From: Candidatus Cloacimonadota bacterium | Lineage (GTDB): Bacteria; Cloacimonadota; Cloacimonadia; JGIOTU-2 | Direction: 5' to 3' | Length of the DNA: 64,000 bases | NCBI GenBank assembly: GCA_049903315.1 | Contig: JBNGBT010000002.1 | Span: 128,001 to 192,000 of the forward strand | Part shown: positions 47,901 to 59,141 of the stretch, one piece after another | How positions within the stretch are numbered: position 1 is the first letter of the stretch | Layout of the letters: each line of letters starts with the position of its first letter | Position numbers and translations under genes: made by a program | Notes under the pieces: generated by a model | The model's input: only the letters and a program-made list of their open reading frames with translations | The model's database searches: none | Told to the model about the DNA's origin: nothing

Positions 47901-50015
47901 ATGCAACAAAAACACTATGACCTGGAAAATATCCGCAATATCGGGCTTATCGCTCATATTGATGCGGGAAAAACGACCGTTACAGAGCGGATCTTATTCT
48001 ATACAGGCATAGTGCACCAAATGGGAGAAGTACACGAAGGTACAGCAACAATGGATTGGATGGTTCAGGAAAAAGAACGCGGTATAACAATTACTTCCGC
48101 AGCAACTACTTGCTTCTGGAAAGATAATAGGATAAATATTATCGATACTCCGGGGCATGTTGATTTTACTGTTGAAGTGGAGCGTTCTCTCCGCGTGCTT
48201 GATGGTGCTGTGGTAATTTTCTGCGGTGTCGGAGGTGTGGAACCTCAATCTGAAACTGTCTGGCATCAAGCAGATCGATATCATGTTCCGAGAATTGCTT
48301 TCATCAACAAGCTGGATAGGATCGGAGCTGATTTTGATTATGCAGTGAAAACCATCCGAACAAAACTACAACCTAATGCAGTTCCTATACAACTTCCAAT
48401 CATGTATAATGATGAATTCATTGGCATTGTCAGTCTGGTTAATCAGAATGCATACATCTATGATAAAGATGATGAGGGTTTGGAATTTTCGACCGTACCC
48501 CTTGATGATGAAAGGATTTCTCCTGAATTGGTTGAAAATATTGCGGAAAGCAGAATCAAGCTCATTGAAAAATTGGCTGAATTCGATGAAGTTATTCTTC
48601 AAAAGTACATTGATGATGAAATCATAACCGAAAACGATATTGATGTATCATTACGGAAAGTAACATTGTCCTCAGAATTCGTACCGATCCTCTGTGGAGC
48701 TGCATTGAGAAATAGAGGAATTCAACCTTTGATTGATGCAATTGTAAAATATCTTCCTTCTCCAAAAGATGTTCCTGAGATCAATGCTATTGATCCAGTA
48801 ACAGGTGAGGAAATAAAGATCAAAGTTGATGAATCATTACCCTTCTCTTCACTCGCTTTCAAAATTCAAGTGAATCCCTATGTGGGTAAACTGACGTATC
48901 TTAGGGCATACTCCGGGAAAATCAATAAAGGTGATCATGTCCTGAATGTTAACTCTGGAAAAAAGGAAAGAATTACACGCATCATGCACATGCATGCGAA
49001 TAAATCTGTGAATGTAGACAGCATTTTTGCAGGGGAAATTTCAGCAGTAGCTGGTTTGAACGAAACAGTATCCGGAGACAGCATTACAGCAATTCAAAAT
49101 CCTGTATTGCTTGAACGCATCAATTTTGCTGATCCGGTTATGTCAGTTGCAATAGAACCGAAAACAAAAGCCGATCAGGAGAATCTTAAAGATACATTAC
49201 CTCGTCTTCTCGAAGAAGATCCCACGTATATTATTACTGAAGATAAAGATACCGGACAGACCCTCATCTATGGCATGGGGGAATTGCACCTGGATATCCT
49301 TGTTGATAGACTCAAACGTGAATTCAAGATAAACGTAAATGTAGGTAAGCCCAGGGTTAATTATAAAGAAACTATAGTGGATGAAGCTGATGGTATTGCA
49401 ACGCTCGATAGAAACATCGGTGCACACGGTCAATTTGCAGAAGTAAAATTGCATCTTGAGCCCTATCACAATGATTCTGAAGAAATTACAAAGAAAATAC
49501 TGATCGAAAATCATGCATCAGAAGAAGAGATTCCTAAAGGTTTTATCCAGGCTGTAGAAAACGGCATTATGGAATCTGCATTGAGTGGACCTCTCACCGG
49601 GAATAGGATGGAAAATATCAAAGTTCTTATATCGGGTGGTTCATTCAGTCCTATTGATTCGTCAGAAATTGCTTTCAAGATTGCCGCTTCAATGGCATTT
49701 TCAAAAGCGATTCAACATGCAAAATATGCATTGCTTGAACCCATTATGAACATCACGATCATCACGCCAGAAGAGTATATGGGCAATGTGATAAATGACC
49801 TTAACAGCCGTCGTGGCAAGATTTTAGAAGTTAAAGACAAAGACTCAATAAAAATATTAAGTGGCTTGGTTCCATTAAGTGAAACTTTTGGATATACGAC
49901 TACTCTCCGTTCAGCATCTCAAGGAAGAGCATCCTATTCAATGGAGTTCAAAGAGTATGAAATGGTTCCTGAAAATATTTCAAATCAAATTATAAACAAA
50001 ATGCGCGGTTATTAG
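47901..50015 (+). CDS. fusA: Elongation factor G (divergent domain IV)
   Basis: [31 protein letters not shown]; str operon position. Confidence 0.93.
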   Translation: MQQKHYDLENIRNIGLIAHIDAGKTTVTERILFYTGIVHQMGEVHEGTATMDWMVQEKERGITITSAATTCFWKDNRINIIDTPGHVDFTVEVERSLRVLDGAVVIFCGVGGVEPQSETVWHQADRYHVPRIAFINKLDRIGADFDYAVKTIRTKLQPNAVPIQLPIMYNDEFIGIVSLVNQNAYIYDKDDEGLEFSTVPLDDERISPELVENIAESRIKLIEKLAEFDEVILQKYIDDEIITENDIDVSLRKVTLSSEFVPILCGAALRNRGIQPLIDAIVKYLPSPKDVPEINAIDPVTGEEIKIKVDESLPFSSLAFKIQVNPYVGKLTYLRAYSGKINKGDHVLNVNSGKKERITRIMHMHANKSVNVDSIFAGEISAVAGLNETVSGDSITAIQNPVLLERINFADPVMSVAIEPKTKADQENLKDTLPRLLEEDPTYIITEDKDTGQTLIYGMGELHLDILVDRLKREFKINVNVGKPRVNYKETIVDEADGIATLDRNIGAHGQFAEVKLHLEPYHNDSEEITKKILIENHASEEEIPKGFIQAVENGIMESALSGPLTGNRMENIKVLISGGSFSPIDSSEIAFKIAASMAFSKAIQHAKYALLEPIMNITIITPEEYMGNVINDLNSRRGKILEVKDKDSIKILSGLVPLSETFGYTTTLRSASQGRASYSMEFKEYEMVPENISNQIINKMRGY

Positions 50016-50027
50016 AATTGAGGAGAT

Positions 50028-50330
50028 ATGAATAAGATAAGAATCAAATTAAAAGCGTATGATCATTTTCTGTTGGATAAGTCCGTTGTGGAGATCATAA
50101 GAAACACAAAAGGAACAGGAGCGAAAATAGTCGGTCCTATTCCGCTGCCAACCAGACGCAGATTATACACGGTGTTGCGTTCACCCCATGTCGATAAGAA
50201 GTCTCGCGAGCAATTCGAAATGAAGATTTATAAGAGAATTATTGACATAGAAAACCCAACTCCAAAAACAACGGACGCGATCAAGAATTTGAACATACCT
50301 GCTGGTGTTCATATAGAAATCAAAACCTAA
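50028..50330 (+). CDS. rpsJ: 30S ribosomal protein S10
   Basis: [31 protein letters not shown]. Confidence 0.98.
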   Translation: MNKIRIKLKAYDHFLLDKSVVEIIRNTKGTGAKIVGPIPLPTRRRLYTVLRSPHVDKKSREQFEMKIYKRIIDIENPTPKTTDAIKNLNIPAGVHIEIKT

Positions 50331-50363
50331 ACTATATTTAAATATAAATTTTTAGGAGTAAAA

Positions 50364-50993
50364 ATGTTAGGCTTAATTGGTAAAAAGATTGGAATGACTC
50401 GTTTATTCACAGAAAATGGCGACTCAGTTGCCGTGACTCTAATTGAAGCGGGTCCATGTACTGTTACCAGTCATAAAACCAACGAGAAAGATAATTATTG
50501 TGCACTTCAACTTGGATTTCAGGAAGTTCCTGAGAAAAAACTCACTAAACCTCTGGTGGGACATTTCAAGAAAAACAATGTCTCACTTTTCAAGATCATG
50601 AAAGAGTTTAGAGTAAATGAAGATGTGATGAATGATTACTCTCCTGGTGCAGAAATGAAAGTGAATATTTTCAAACCAAAAGATAAAATTCATGTGACTG
50701 GAATTTCAAAAGGAAAAGGATTTTCTGGTGTGATAAAACGCCATAATTACCATGGAAAAAGTGCTACACACGGTACTCACGAGAGTTTTCGTGGAACAGG
50801 TTCTGTGGGTATGTGTGCATCACCCTCCAAAATTCAACGTGGCAAAAAGATGCCCGGTCAATATGGTAATGGACAGGTAACTGTACGTAATCTCACTGTA
50901 TATAAGATCGATGAAGAAAGAAACCTCCTTATGGTACGAGGTGCTATTCCAGGTCATAGAAACAGTGTTGTAATGATTCAAAAAACTAAGTAA
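50364..50993 (+). CDS. rplC: 50S ribosomal protein L3
   Basis: GKKIGMT, SKGKGF.G.IKRH, KMPGQYG. Confidence 0.98.
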   Translation: MLGLIGKKIGMTRLFTENGDSVAVTLIEAGPCTVTSHKTNEKDNYCALQLGFQEVPEKKLTKPLVGHFKKNNVSLFKIMKEFRVNEDVMNDYSPGAEMKVNIFKPKDKIHVTGISKGKGFSGVIKRHNYHGKSATHGTHESFRGTGSVGMCASPSKIQRGKKMPGQYGNGQVTVRNLTVYKIDEERNLLMVRGAIPGHRNSVVMIQKTK

Positions 50994-51004
50994 AAGGTTT
51001 TGTT

Positions 51005-51622
51005 ATGGAAGCAATAAAGTATTCAAAAACAGGTGAAGAAATAGGAAAAGTTACATTGCCGGAACATCTCTTTGATACAGAAATAAATCAGGCTGTTCTT
51101 CATGAAGTGATCAAATTTCTCAGGCAGAATCAACGTTTGGGAACTGCATGTGTCAAAGGGCGTTCTGAGATCAGAGGTTCCACACGAAAATTATATCGCC
51201 AAAAAGGAACAGGCAGAGCAAGAGCTGGCAGTAAAAAAAGTCCTATCAGAGTCGGTGGCGGAGTTGCATTCGGACCTCGCCCAAAGGACTGGCATATATC
51301 TATTCCTAAAAAGAAAAAGAGAATTGCATTAAAATCAGCACTCAGCAGCAGAAAAGACCATATTGCAGTCATCGAAGATATCGTAATGGAAAATCCCAGT
51401 GTGAAGACTGCTAAGGATATTCTTAATGCGACAAAGATAGCTTATACACGCTGCCTTTTCGTGATGTCCGACAACGAACCCAACATGGTTCGTTCATTGA
51501 GAAATATTAAAAATGTTTCCAGTATACGTGCCGAAGATCTCAATGCCTATGACATCATTCATGCGACTGATATGATCATAACTGAAAAGGCATTGGAGAA
51601 AATGCAAGAGGTGTTCAAATGA
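51005..51622 (+). CDS. rplD: 50S ribosomal protein L4
   Basis: RQKGTGRARAG, GGGVAFGP. Confidence 0.97.
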   Translation: MEAIKYSKTGEEIGKVTLPEHLFDTEINQAVLHEVIKFLRQNQRLGTACVKGRSEIRGSTRKLYRQKGTGRARAGSKKSPIRVGGGVAFGPRPKDWHISIPKKKKRIALKSALSSRKDHIAVIEDIVMENPSVKTAKDILNATKIAYTRCLFVMSDNEPNMVRSLRNIKNVSSIRAEDLNAYDIIHATDMIITEKALEKMQEVFK

Positions 51623-51915
51623 GCAAGGATCCAAGACAAATTATTATTCATCCGTTCATAACTGAAAAAGGAACTCATATTCAGGAAGAAGCTGGCGGCT
51701 ATGTATTCAAGGTGCAGCTAGGTTCTAATAAGATAGAAATTCGAAACGCAGTACAGGAAATTTTTAAAGTACACGTTCGCAAAGTTAACACCATTAATTG
51801 CAAAGGTAAACCAAAGAATCTTGGACGTTATCAGGGCAGAAGATCTGACTGGAAAAAAGCCATTGTTTACCTCGCAAAAGGTGAGTCTATAAGCGAATTT
51901 GAAGTGATGCAGTAA
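51619..51915 (+). CDS. rplW: 50S ribosomal protein L23
   Basis: P.ITEK, NKIEI, WKKAIV.L. Confidence 0.96.
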   Translation: MSKDPRQIIIHPFITEKGTHIQEEAGGYVFKVQLGSNKIEIRNAVQEIFKVHVRKVNTINCKGKPKNLGRYQGRRSDWKKAIVYLAKGESISEFEVMQ

Positions 51916-52003
51916 AAAATGTTTAGTGCTTCTTATTTTAATTGACATAAAATATTAACTGTTAGGTTTTTAACACCTATTCCCTAAAATGGAGATGTAG
52001 TTC

Positions 52004-52834
52004 ATGGCATTAAAGAAATATAAGCCTATAACACCCGCTAGACGGTATTATACTGGTTACTCCTTTGATGAAATCACAAAGGATAAACCAGAGAAATCTT
52101 TGATCGTGCCGGCAAAGAAAACAGCCGGAAGAAACAATCAAGGAAGGATCACTATACGTCATCGCGGTGGAGGTCATAAACGTTTTTATAGAATTATAGA
52201 TTTTAAAAGACATGATAAGAAAGGGATCGAAGCACGAGTGCACTCAATAGAGTACGATCCTAACCGTTCAGCACGCATTGCTTTGCTTTACTATGCTGAT
52301 GGTGAAAAAAGATATATTATTGCACCTGATAAGCTGCAGGTAAATGATGTAGTCATGATCGGTGAAAATGTAGAGATCAAACCCGGAAACTCACTTCCAA
52401 TAAAGAAGATCCCGATCGGAACTATGATCCATAATATCGAGTTTAAACCCGGTCGCGGCGCTCAGATAGCCCGTAGCGCAGGCGTCAGTGCAGAGGTTGT
52501 CGCAAAAGAAGGCGGATATGTTCACGTAAAAATGCCTTCCGGCACTATTCAGCTTCTTCGCTGGGACTGTTACGCAACCATAGGACAGGTCAGTAATATT
52601 GACCATTCAAAGATTTCTTATGGTAAAGCAGGCCGAAAACGTTGGCTTGGACATCGTCCTCATGTCAGAGGTGTTGCCATGAATCCTGTTGATCATCCAA
52701 TGGGTGGTGGTGAAGGTAAATCATCTGGTGGTCGTCATCCTGTTTCTCCGTGGGGTACACCCGCAAAGGGATTCAAAACCAGAAAGAAAAAGAAATATTC
52801 TGATCCCTACGTGATTAAGAAGAAACGGAAATAA
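52004..52834 (+). CDS. rplB: 50S ribosomal protein L2
   Basis: [28 protein letters not shown]. Confidence 0.99.
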   Translation: MALKKYKPITPARRYYTGYSFDEITKDKPEKSLIVPAKKTAGRNNQGRITIRHRGGGHKRFYRIIDFKRHDKKGIEARVHSIEYDPNRSARIALLYYADGEKRYIIAPDKLQVNDVVMIGENVEIKPGNSLPIKKIPIGTMIHNIEFKPGRGAQIARSAGVSAEVVAKEGGYVHVKMPSGTIQLLRWDCYATIGQVSNIDHSKISYGKAGRKRWLGHRPHVRGVAMNPVDHPMGGGEGKSSGGRHPVSPWGTPAKGFKTRKKKKYSDPYVIKKKRK

Positions 52835-52849
52835 GCGGAGGATTTGTTA

Positions 52850-53137
52850 ATGGCAAGGTCACTCAAAAAAGGACCCTTTTACGATGAGCATCTCATGCTT
52901 AAAGTAGAAAAGTTAAATGAACAGAATAAGAAACAAGTCATTAAGACTTGGTCACGTCGTTCTACTGTTATGCCCGAATTTGTCGGACATACCTTTGCAG
53001 TTCATAATGGCAAAAAATTCGTACCCGTCTTTGTGACAGAATCAATGGTTGGGCATAAGCTTGGAGAATTCTCTCCTACTAGGACATTCCGTGGTCATAA
53101 GGACAAGAAAGAAAAACTTGCAAGGAAACGTGGTTAA
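52850..53137 (+). CDS. rpsS: 30S ribosomal protein S19
   Basis: RSLKKGP, KTWSRRS, GHKLGEF; GGAGG RBS before ATG 52850. Confidence 0.98.
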   Translation: MARSLKKGPFYDEHLMLKVEKLNEQNKKQVIKTWSRRSTVMPEFVGHTFAVHNGKKFVPVFVTESMVGHKLGEFSPTRTFRGHKDKKEKLARKRG

Positions 53138-53139
53138 TT

Positions 53140-53484
53140 ATGGAAGCGATCGCGCGAATAAAAAATCAAAGAGGTTCAGCAAGAAAAGTGCGTCTTGTGG
53201 CAGATTTAATTCGTAAAAAACGGGTTGACGATGCGAGAGATATTCTGAACTTCTCAAAAAAGCGTGCTGCACGCAGTATCCTGAAAATACTCGATTCTGC
53301 GGTGGCAAATGCTGCAACCAAATCAGGTAAAGTCGAAATCGATAAATTATATATAAATAAGATCACCGTGGATGAGGGCATCACTATGAAACGTTGGCGT
53401 TCTCGTGCAATGGGTCGAGCTGATATGATCTTCAAAAGAACTCATCATATTGCTTTGTCCGTAACAGATGAAATGGAAGATTAG
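53140..53484 (+). CDS. rplV: 50S ribosomal protein L22
   Basis: SARKVRLVADLIR, SAVANA, RAMGRA. Confidence 0.97.
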   Translation: MEAIARIKNQRGSARKVRLVADLIRKKRVDDARDILNFSKKRAARSILKILDSAVANAATKSGKVEIDKLYINKITVDEGITMKRWRSRAMGRADMIFKRTHHIALSVTDEMED

Positions 53485-53492
53485 GAGGCACA

Positions 53493-54164
53493 TTGGGTCA
53501 AAAAACTAATCCCGTTGGTTTTCGAATAGGTTTTAATAAGGATTGGGAATCGATCTGGTTCGCAAATACTCGTAAAGAGTATGTAGAAACATTTTATGAA
53601 GATATGCGTATCAAGAATTATCTAAGTAAAAGATTATCAGACGCAATGGTCTCAAAAATAGAAATCTATCGTAAAAGTGATAAATTAACAGTTGTGATCC
53701 ATACTGCACGTCCGGGTATTGTCATCGGTAGAAAAGGTGCCGAGATAGAAAAAGTGAAGCAAGAGCTTATAACTTTTTTACACATGAATACCAAAAATGA
53801 CTATTCCAGACTTGCTATTGATGTACAGGAAATAAAAAGGCCTGAACTCGATGCTCGTCTTGTCGGTATGGATATCGCACGACAGATCGAAAATAGAATT
53901 TCTTACCGTAGAGCAATGAAAAGATCTATTGAACGCACAATGGCTGCTGGTGCAGAAGGCATCAAGATAAAAGCCAGCGGACGCCTTCACGGCGCTGAAA
54001 TTGCTCGAAGTGAAGAATATAAAGATGGTCGTACACCCCTTCATACCCTTCGTTCAAATATTGATTATGCAATATCCGAAGCTCATACACGCTATGGAAT
54101 AATCGGAATTAAAGTTTGGATCTGTAAGGGTGAACTGACGCAAAAAGAGCATCATCAATCATAA
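53493..54164 (+). CDS. rpsC: 30S ribosomal protein S3
   Basis: GQKTNP.GFR, RPGIVIG, PLHTLR; TTG start with AGGAGG RBS. Confidence 0.98.
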   Translation: MGQKTNPVGFRIGFNKDWESIWFANTRKEYVETFYEDMRIKNYLSKRLSDAMVSKIEIYRKSDKLTVVIHTARPGIVIGRKGAEIEKVKQELITFLHMNTKNDYSRLAIDVQEIKRPELDARLVGMDIARQIENRISYRRAMKRSIERTMAAGAEGIKIKASGRLHGAEIARSEEYKDGRTPLHTLRSNIDYAISEAHTRYGIIGIKVWICKGELTQKEHHQS

Positions 54165-54181
54165 AATAAGGTAATAGATAT

Positions 54182-54601
54182 ATGTTACAGCCAAGAAAAG
54201 TTAAACATCGTAAACAGCAGCGCGGAAAAAGACGCGGAAAAGCATATGCAGGCTCTAACCTTGATTTTGGGCAGTATGGTCTTGTCACTCTTGATACCGG
54301 CTGGATCACTGCACGCCAGATCGAGGCTGCTCGTGTGGCAATAACTCACTTCATGAAAAGAGTGGGAAAAGTCTGGATAAGAATATTTCCGGACAAACCC
54401 ATAACTCTTAAACCTGCAGAAACTCGTATGGGTAAAGGTAAAGGCGCTCCTGAATATTGGGTCGCTGTTGTGAAGCCTGGTCGCGTACTTTTTGAACTTG
54501 AAGGTGTTGATGAAAATATTGCAAAAAGAGCGTTGGAACTCGGAGGACATAAGCTCCCTGTAAAAACCAAATTCATAACTCGTGATGAGGTGAGAGGTTA
54601 A
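54182..54601 (+). CDS. rplP: 50S ribosomal protein L16
   Basis: QIEAAR, RIFPDKP, RMGKGKG. Confidence 0.98.
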   Translation: MLQPRKVKHRKQQRGKRRGKAYAGSNLDFGQYGLVTLDTGWITARQIEAARVAITHFMKRVGKVWIRIFPDKPITLKPAETRMGKGKGAPEYWVAVVKPGRVLFELEGVDENIAKRALELGGHKLPVKTKFITRDEVRG

Positions 54602-54602
54602 T

Positions 54603-54812
54603 ATGCTGAAACCAAATGAAATCAGAGAAATGAATCTTGTAGAACTGAAAATGAAAGAACAAGATCTTCAGGAAGAGTTTTTCAACCTTCGTTTCCAAAA
54701 GGTGACGAACAGATTGGAAAATCCTTGGAAGATTCACGAAGTTCGGAGAGATATTGCACGGGTAAAGACAATTATTCGTGAAAAGCAACAAATGGATAAT
54801 AAAGAAGAGTAG
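54603..54812 (+). CDS. rpmC: 50S ribosomal protein L29
   Basis: FNLRFQ, RRDIARVKT. Confidence 0.95.
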   Translation: MLKPNEIREMNLVELKMKEQDLQEEFFNLRFQKVTNRLENPWKIHEVRRDIARVKTIIREKQQMDNKEE

Positions 54813-54821
54813 TAGGTCTCA

Positions 54822-55091
54822 ATGGATAAGGAAAAAATGTCAGCCCGTCATAAACCCACAAGAATCGGGATTGTTTTAAGTGATAAAATGGACAAAACAT
54901 TAGTGGTTCGTGTCGAACGCAAATATAAACACCCACTCTATGGAAAATATATTAGAAAACATAAAAAGTTTCATGTCCACGATGAGAATAATGAAGCCCA
55001 TATCGGCGATCAAGTAAAAATCGAAGAATTCCAACCAGTCAGTAAAACTAAAAGCTGGAAACTCATCGAGATCATTGAAAAAAGTAAGTAG
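54822..55091 (+). CDS. rpsQ: 30S ribosomal protein S17
   Basis: SDKMDKT, HPLYGK, HDENN, SKTKSW. Confidence 0.97.
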   Translation: MDKEKMSARHKPTRIGIVLSDKMDKTLVVRVERKYKHPLYGKYIRKHKKFHVHDENNEAHIGDQVKIEEFQPVSKTKSWKLIEIIEKSK

Positions 55092-55109
55092 GAAATCTAG
55101 GGAGTTCTA

Positions 55110-55478
55110 ATGATACAGCAGGAAACAGTTCTTAAAGTCGCAGATAATTCCGGTGCTAAAGTGGTGAAATGTATAAAGGTTTTAGGTGGTTCACGCCGTC
55201 GCTATGCTGGTCTTGGTGATGTAATCGTGATTTCTGTTAAATCTGCAATCCCTCACAGTGATGTGAAAAAAGGCAGCTTGCACAGGGGAGTGATCGTGCG
55301 TACAAAAAAAGCAGTTCGCCGTTCGGATGGTTCTTATATTCGTTTTGGTGATAACGCAGTAGTGCTCATCAATGAAATTTTGGAACCAAAAGGAACACGT
55401 ATTTTCGGTCCTGTTGCCCGTGAATTAAGAGAGAAAAAGTTCATGAAAATACTCTCTCTTGCCCCTGAGGTCGTGTAG
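55110..55478 (+). CDS. rplN: 50S ribosomal protein L14
   Basis: [22 protein letters not shown]. Confidence 0.98.
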   Translation: MIQQETVLKVADNSGAKVVKCIKVLGGSRRRYAGLGDVIVISVKSAIPHSDVKKGSLHRGVIVRTKKAVRRSDGSYIRFGDNAVVLINEILEPKGTRIFGPVARELREKKFMKILSLAPEVV

Positions 55479-55487
55479 GAGTTTTAT

Positions 55488-55796
55488 ATGAAAATTAAAA
55501 AAGATGATAAAGTAAGAATTATTACAGGCGAATATATAGGTGTAGAAGGTCATGTGTTAAAATCATTTCCCACAACGAACAAAATAATTGTGGAAAAAGT
55601 CAACTTCATGAAGAAACATCAGCGTCCCACTCAGCAGAATCCTTCCGGCGGCGTCATTGAGATGGAGGCACCTATCCATATTTCTAATGTACAATTCATA
55701 TGCCCGAAATGCGGAAAACCTTCAAAAGTAAAAATGAGAATTTTAGAAGATAAAAGTAGAATTCGATACTGCACTAAATGCGGTGACATGGTCTAA
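55488..55796 (+). CDS. rplX: 50S ribosomal protein L24
   Basis: KOW start, EAPIHISNV, C-terminal CPKC/CTKC. Confidence 0.96.
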   Translation: MKIKKDDKVRIITGEYIGVEGHVLKSFPTTNKIIVEKVNFMKKHQRPTQQNPSGGVIEMEAPIHISNVQFICPKCGKPSKVKMRILEDKSRIRYCTKCGDMV

Positions 55797-55805
55797 CGAG
55801 GAACA

Positions 55806-56348
55806 ATGAGTAGATTACAAGATAAATTCAAAAAAGATATCATACCTGATCTTACGAAAAAACATAAGTATTCAAATGTGATGGACGTCCCCAGACTGAA
55901 AAAAATAACCGTTAATATCGGTGTGGGTGAAGCAACTGAAAATAGAGCATCGCTGGATAATGCGCGTAAAGAAATTGAAACCATCACAGGACAGCATGCA
56001 GTGATTACTCTAGCAAAGAAATCAATATCAAATTTTAAATTACGTAAAGGTATGCCTATCGGTTCGATGACTACCTTGCGCGGTGAAATGATGTATGAAT
56101 TCGCCGATAAACTGATCAGTATTGTGCTTCCACGTATCCGTGACTTTAATGGCGTATCACCTCATGGATTTGACGGTCGCGGTAATTATACATTGGGTAT
56201 CAAAGAGCAGACTGTGTTTCCTGAAATTGATTATGATAAAGTCGATAAAGTTCGTGGTTTAAATATCACTTTTGTGACAACTGCAAAGACTGATGAAGAG
56301 GGTTTCAATCTTCTGAAAGCTCTTGGCATGCCCTTTGCTCAGAAATAA
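55806..56348 (+). CDS. rplE: 50S ribosomal protein L5
   Basis: [28 protein letters not shown]. Confidence 0.98.
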   Translation: MSRLQDKFKKDIIPDLTKKHKYSNVMDVPRLKKITVNIGVGEATENRASLDNARKEIETITGQHAVITLAKKSISNFKLRKGMPIGSMTTLRGEMMYEFADKLISIVLPRIRDFNGVSPHGFDGRGNYTLGIKEQTVFPEIDYDKVDKVRGLNITFVTTAKTDEEGFNLLKALGMPFAQK

Positions 56349-56365
56349 AAATATTAAGGAATTGT

Positions 56366-56551
56366 ATGGCACGTAAAGCGTTAATTGTTAAATGTAAAAG
56401 AGAAAAAAAATTCAAAGTTCAAGATTATAATAGATGTGAACTGTGCGGAAGATCTCGTGCATATTTACGAGATTTTGGAATTTGCAGATTATGTTTTAGG
56501 AAACTTGCACTGGAAGGCAAAATTCCAGGCGTTAAAAAGGCTAGCTGGTAG
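56366..56551 (+). CDS. rpsN: 30S ribosomal protein S14 (type Z, Zn-binding)
   Basis: 61 aa, [16 protein letters not shown]. Confidence 0.97.
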   Translation: MARKALIVKCKREKKFKVQDYNRCELCGRSRAYLRDFGICRLCFRKLALEGKIPGVKKASW

Positions 56552-56562
56552 TCGGAGGATAT

Positions 56563-56976
56563 ATGGCAAATTCTGATCCAATCGCACAAATGCTCACAGT
56601 TATCCGTAATGGAATACAGGCAAAGAAGAAATTCGTTATTGTTGATTCTTCAAATTTAAAAAAAGATATAGTACGAATCCTTCACGAGGAGAATTTCATC
56701 ACAAAATATTCTGTCCTTGAGCCTTCTGAAAAAGATAATCGTAAATTCGAAGAGATAAAGATCTATCTTCGCTATATGAATGATTTTGAATCTGTTATCA
56801 AGGGATTGCAGAAAGTCAGCAAGCCAAGCAAACGCGTGTATGTCGATTCAAAAAACATTCCCGTTGTGTTAAATCATATAGGAATCGCAATTCTTTCCAC
56901 CAACAAAGGCGTTCTCATTGATAGAGATGCCAGAAAATACAATGTTGGCGGCGAATATATCTGTAAAATTTGGTAA
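56563..56976 (+). CDS. rpsH: 30S ribosomal protein S8
   Basis: DPIA.MLT.IRN, SKPSKRVY, STNKG, GGE. Confidence 0.97.
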   Translation: MANSDPIAQMLTVIRNGIQAKKKFVIVDSSNLKKDIVRILHEENFITKYSVLEPSEKDNRKFEEIKIYLRYMNDFESVIKGLQKVSKPSKRVYVDSKNIPVVLNHIGIAILSTNKGVLIDRDARKYNVGGEYICKIW

Positions 56977-56987
56977 AGGGGTAATCA

Positions 56988-57572
56988 ATGTCCAGAGTAG
57001 GTAAAGATCCAATTGTTATTCCCGAGAAGGTTACTGTCGATGTGAAGGGACGACATGTGAAAGTTACAGGTCCCCTTGGAACATTAGAACGCGATCTCAA
57101 TAATGGAATTTCTATAAAAATTAAAGATAATCAAATACTTGTTGCACGTAAAAATGACGAGAAGGAGATGCGAGGTCTCCACGGCTTGAACAGATCACTT
57201 ATTGCCAATATGGTCGAAGGTGTATCAAATGGGTATTTGAAAAAACTTATGATCGTTGGAACAGGTTATAAGGCAGAGCTTCAGGGTAAATGGCTTGTAC
57301 TCAGTCTTGGTTTCTCTCATGATGTTTATTTTGAAATTCCGAAAGAAGTGAAAACTGAAATTGAAAAAATAGGGCGTGCGGAAGCAAGTAGTATTCCTGG
57401 TCTGCAGGCGATCATTGATTTTCGCAGCCATGATAAAGAGATGCTTGGCTCAGTCTGTGCAACTATTCGTGATATAAAACCTCCGGAATCTTATAAAGGA
57501 AAAGGTATTCGTTATGCTGACGAGCATATCCGTATCAAACCGGGTAAAGTTGCTGGTGGAGCAGGTGCCTAA
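56988..57572 (+). CDS. rplF: 50S ribosomal protein L6
   Basis: MSRVGK, GPLGTL, LGFSH, PESYKGKGIRY. Confidence 0.97.
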   Translation: MSRVGKDPIVIPEKVTVDVKGRHVKVTGPLGTLERDLNNGISIKIKDNQILVARKNDEKEMRGLHGLNRSLIANMVEGVSNGYLKKLMIVGTGYKAELQGKWLVLSLGFSHDVYFEIPKEVKTEIEKIGRAEASSIPGLQAIIDFRSHDKEMLGSVCATIRDIKPPESYKGKGIRYADEHIRIKPGKVAGGAGA

Positions 57573-57581
57573 GGAGCAGAT

Positions 57582-57959
57582 ATGTTAAAGAAAAAAGTTA
57601 AAAAAAATATATTGTTAAGAAATCGTCGAAAAGTTGCTATCCGAAATAAAATTTCAGGAACAGCAGGAATGCCTCGTCTCAGCGTGTATAGAAGCTTGAA
57701 ACATATCTATGCTCAGGCAATTGATGATGATAACCAAGTGACACTTTGTGCGATTTCCAGTCTCAGTCCTGAGTATAAAGATAAGGCAAAAGAGGATATG
57801 AAACCTGTTGCAAAAGCGGGTCTTGTTGGCGAGCTCTTCGCCCAAAAATGTCTTAAGAAAAAGATTAAAAAAGTATGTTTTGACAGAAATGGTTTCAAGT
57901 ACCATGGTCGTGTAAAAGCCCTTGCAGAAGGTGCACGCAAAGCCGGTCTGGAATTCTAG
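57582..57959 (+). CDS. rplR: 50S ribosomal protein L18
   Basis: PRLSVYRS, FDRNGFKYHGRV, AGLEF. Confidence 0.97.
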   Translation: MLKKKVKKNILLRNRRKVAIRNKISGTAGMPRLSVYRSLKHIYAQAIDDDNQVTLCAISSLSPEYKDKAKEDMKPVAKAGLVGELFAQKCLKKKIKKVCFDRNGFKYHGRVKALAEGARKAGLEF

Positions 57960-57969
57960 GAGTATTTAA

Positions 57970-58476
57970 ATGGAACGTGAAAGAAAACGTGACGAAAATG
58001 AATTAATATACGAGCAAGTCGTTGATACCAATCGTGTTTCCAAAGTTATTAAAGGTGGAAGACACTTCAGCTTTAATGCCACTGTTGTTGTTGGTGATAA
58101 AAACGGAAAAGTCGGTGTCGGAATGGGAAAAGCCAATGAAGTTATTCCCGCAATTAATAAAGCGAAGGATAAAGCAAGAAAATCTCTATTTGGTTTTCCG
58201 ATCCGTAATGGTACGATACCGCACATGATCGTTGGTAAATTCAGAGGTAGCAAAGTTCTTCTCAAGCCAGCGGCACCAGGTACAGGCGTTATCGCTGGCG
58301 GACCAATCCGTGCAATTCTTGAAGCTGCAGGTGTGGAAAATGTTCTGACCAAATCATTGGGATCAAGCACAAAGCACAATATGGTGAAAGCCACTGTTCG
58401 TGCTCTTCAAGCACTCCGATCTCATGAGGAAGTCGCAAAACTGCGTGGTAAAACTGTCGCAGAACTGGTATCATAA
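57970..58476 (+). CDS. rpsE: 30S ribosomal protein S5
   Basis: [22 protein letters not shown]. Confidence 0.98.
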   Translation: MERERKRDENELIYEQVVDTNRVSKVIKGGRHFSFNATVVVGDKNGKVGVGMGKANEVIPAINKAKDKARKSLFGFPIRNGTIPHMIVGKFRGSKVLLKPAAPGTGVIAGGPIRAILEAAGVENVLTKSLGSSTKHNMVKATVRALQALRSHEEVAKLRGKTVAELVS

Positions 58477-58494
58477 ATAAAGGTTGATCAAGAA

Positions 58495-58689
58495 ATGAAA
58501 CTAAAAATAACATTAGTAAGAAGCCCGATCGGACAGAAGCCCAATACCAGAAAGACTGTTGAGGCATTAGGACTTCGCAAGCTCCATCATTCTGTTATTC
58601 AGAAAGATACACCTCCAATCTTGGGAATGATCAAAACTGTCCAACATCTCGTGGAAGTGGAAGAAATCAAAGGAAGAGGTTCCAAATGA
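58495..58689 (+). CDS. rpmD: 50S ribosomal protein L30
   Basis: ITLVRSPIG, ALGLRK, GMI..V.HLV. Confidence 0.96.
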   Translation: MKLKITLVRSPIGQKPNTRKTVEALGLRKLHHSVIQKDTPPILGMIKTVQHLVEVEEIKGRGSK

Positions 58690-59141
58690 AATTGAATGAA
58701 CTCAAACCTCCTCGAAATTCTCGTAAGAAGAAAACCCGTCTGGGCAAAGGTGATGGCTCCGGAAAAGGCAAAACAAGCGGTCACGGCATGAATGGACAAA
58801 AATGCAGAAGTGGTGCCAGCATTCCTAACTGGTTTGAAGGCGGGCAAATGCCTATTCATCGCAGGTTGCCTATGAAGGGCTTTAATAATAGTAAATTTTC
58901 AAAGAAATATAGAATAATTTCCTTGAATGCACTTGCAGAACTTGAAGATAGTATTATTGATATCGAAATCATGGAAAAACATGGCTTGATAGATACACAG
59001 AATCATAAAGTTCAAATGGTGAAAGTTTTAGCTAACAAGGAAAACAAATTTGATAAAAAGAAAGTAATCAAAGCCAACAGTTTTAGTAAATCTGCACTTG
59101 AAATCATCCAGAAAGTTGGCGGAAAAGCCGAGGTCGTATAG
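58686..59141 (+). CDS. rplO: 50S ribosomal protein L15
   Basis: GSGKGKTSG.G..GQ, FEGGQMP..RRLP. Confidence 0.97.
   Translation: MKLNELKPPRNSRKKKTRLGKGDGSGKGKTSGHGMNGQKCRSGASIPNWFEGGQMPIHRRLPMKGFNNSKFSKKYRIISLNALAELEDSIIDIEIMEKHGLIDTQNHKVQMVKVLANKENKFDKKKVIKANSFSKSALEIIQKVGGKAEVV

Noticed and set aside
50015..50028. Absence of tuf after fusA
   Set aside because: A single tuf in the tRNA-secE cluster with fusA-rpsJ adjacency is a known arrangement in FCB and other phyla; not novel.
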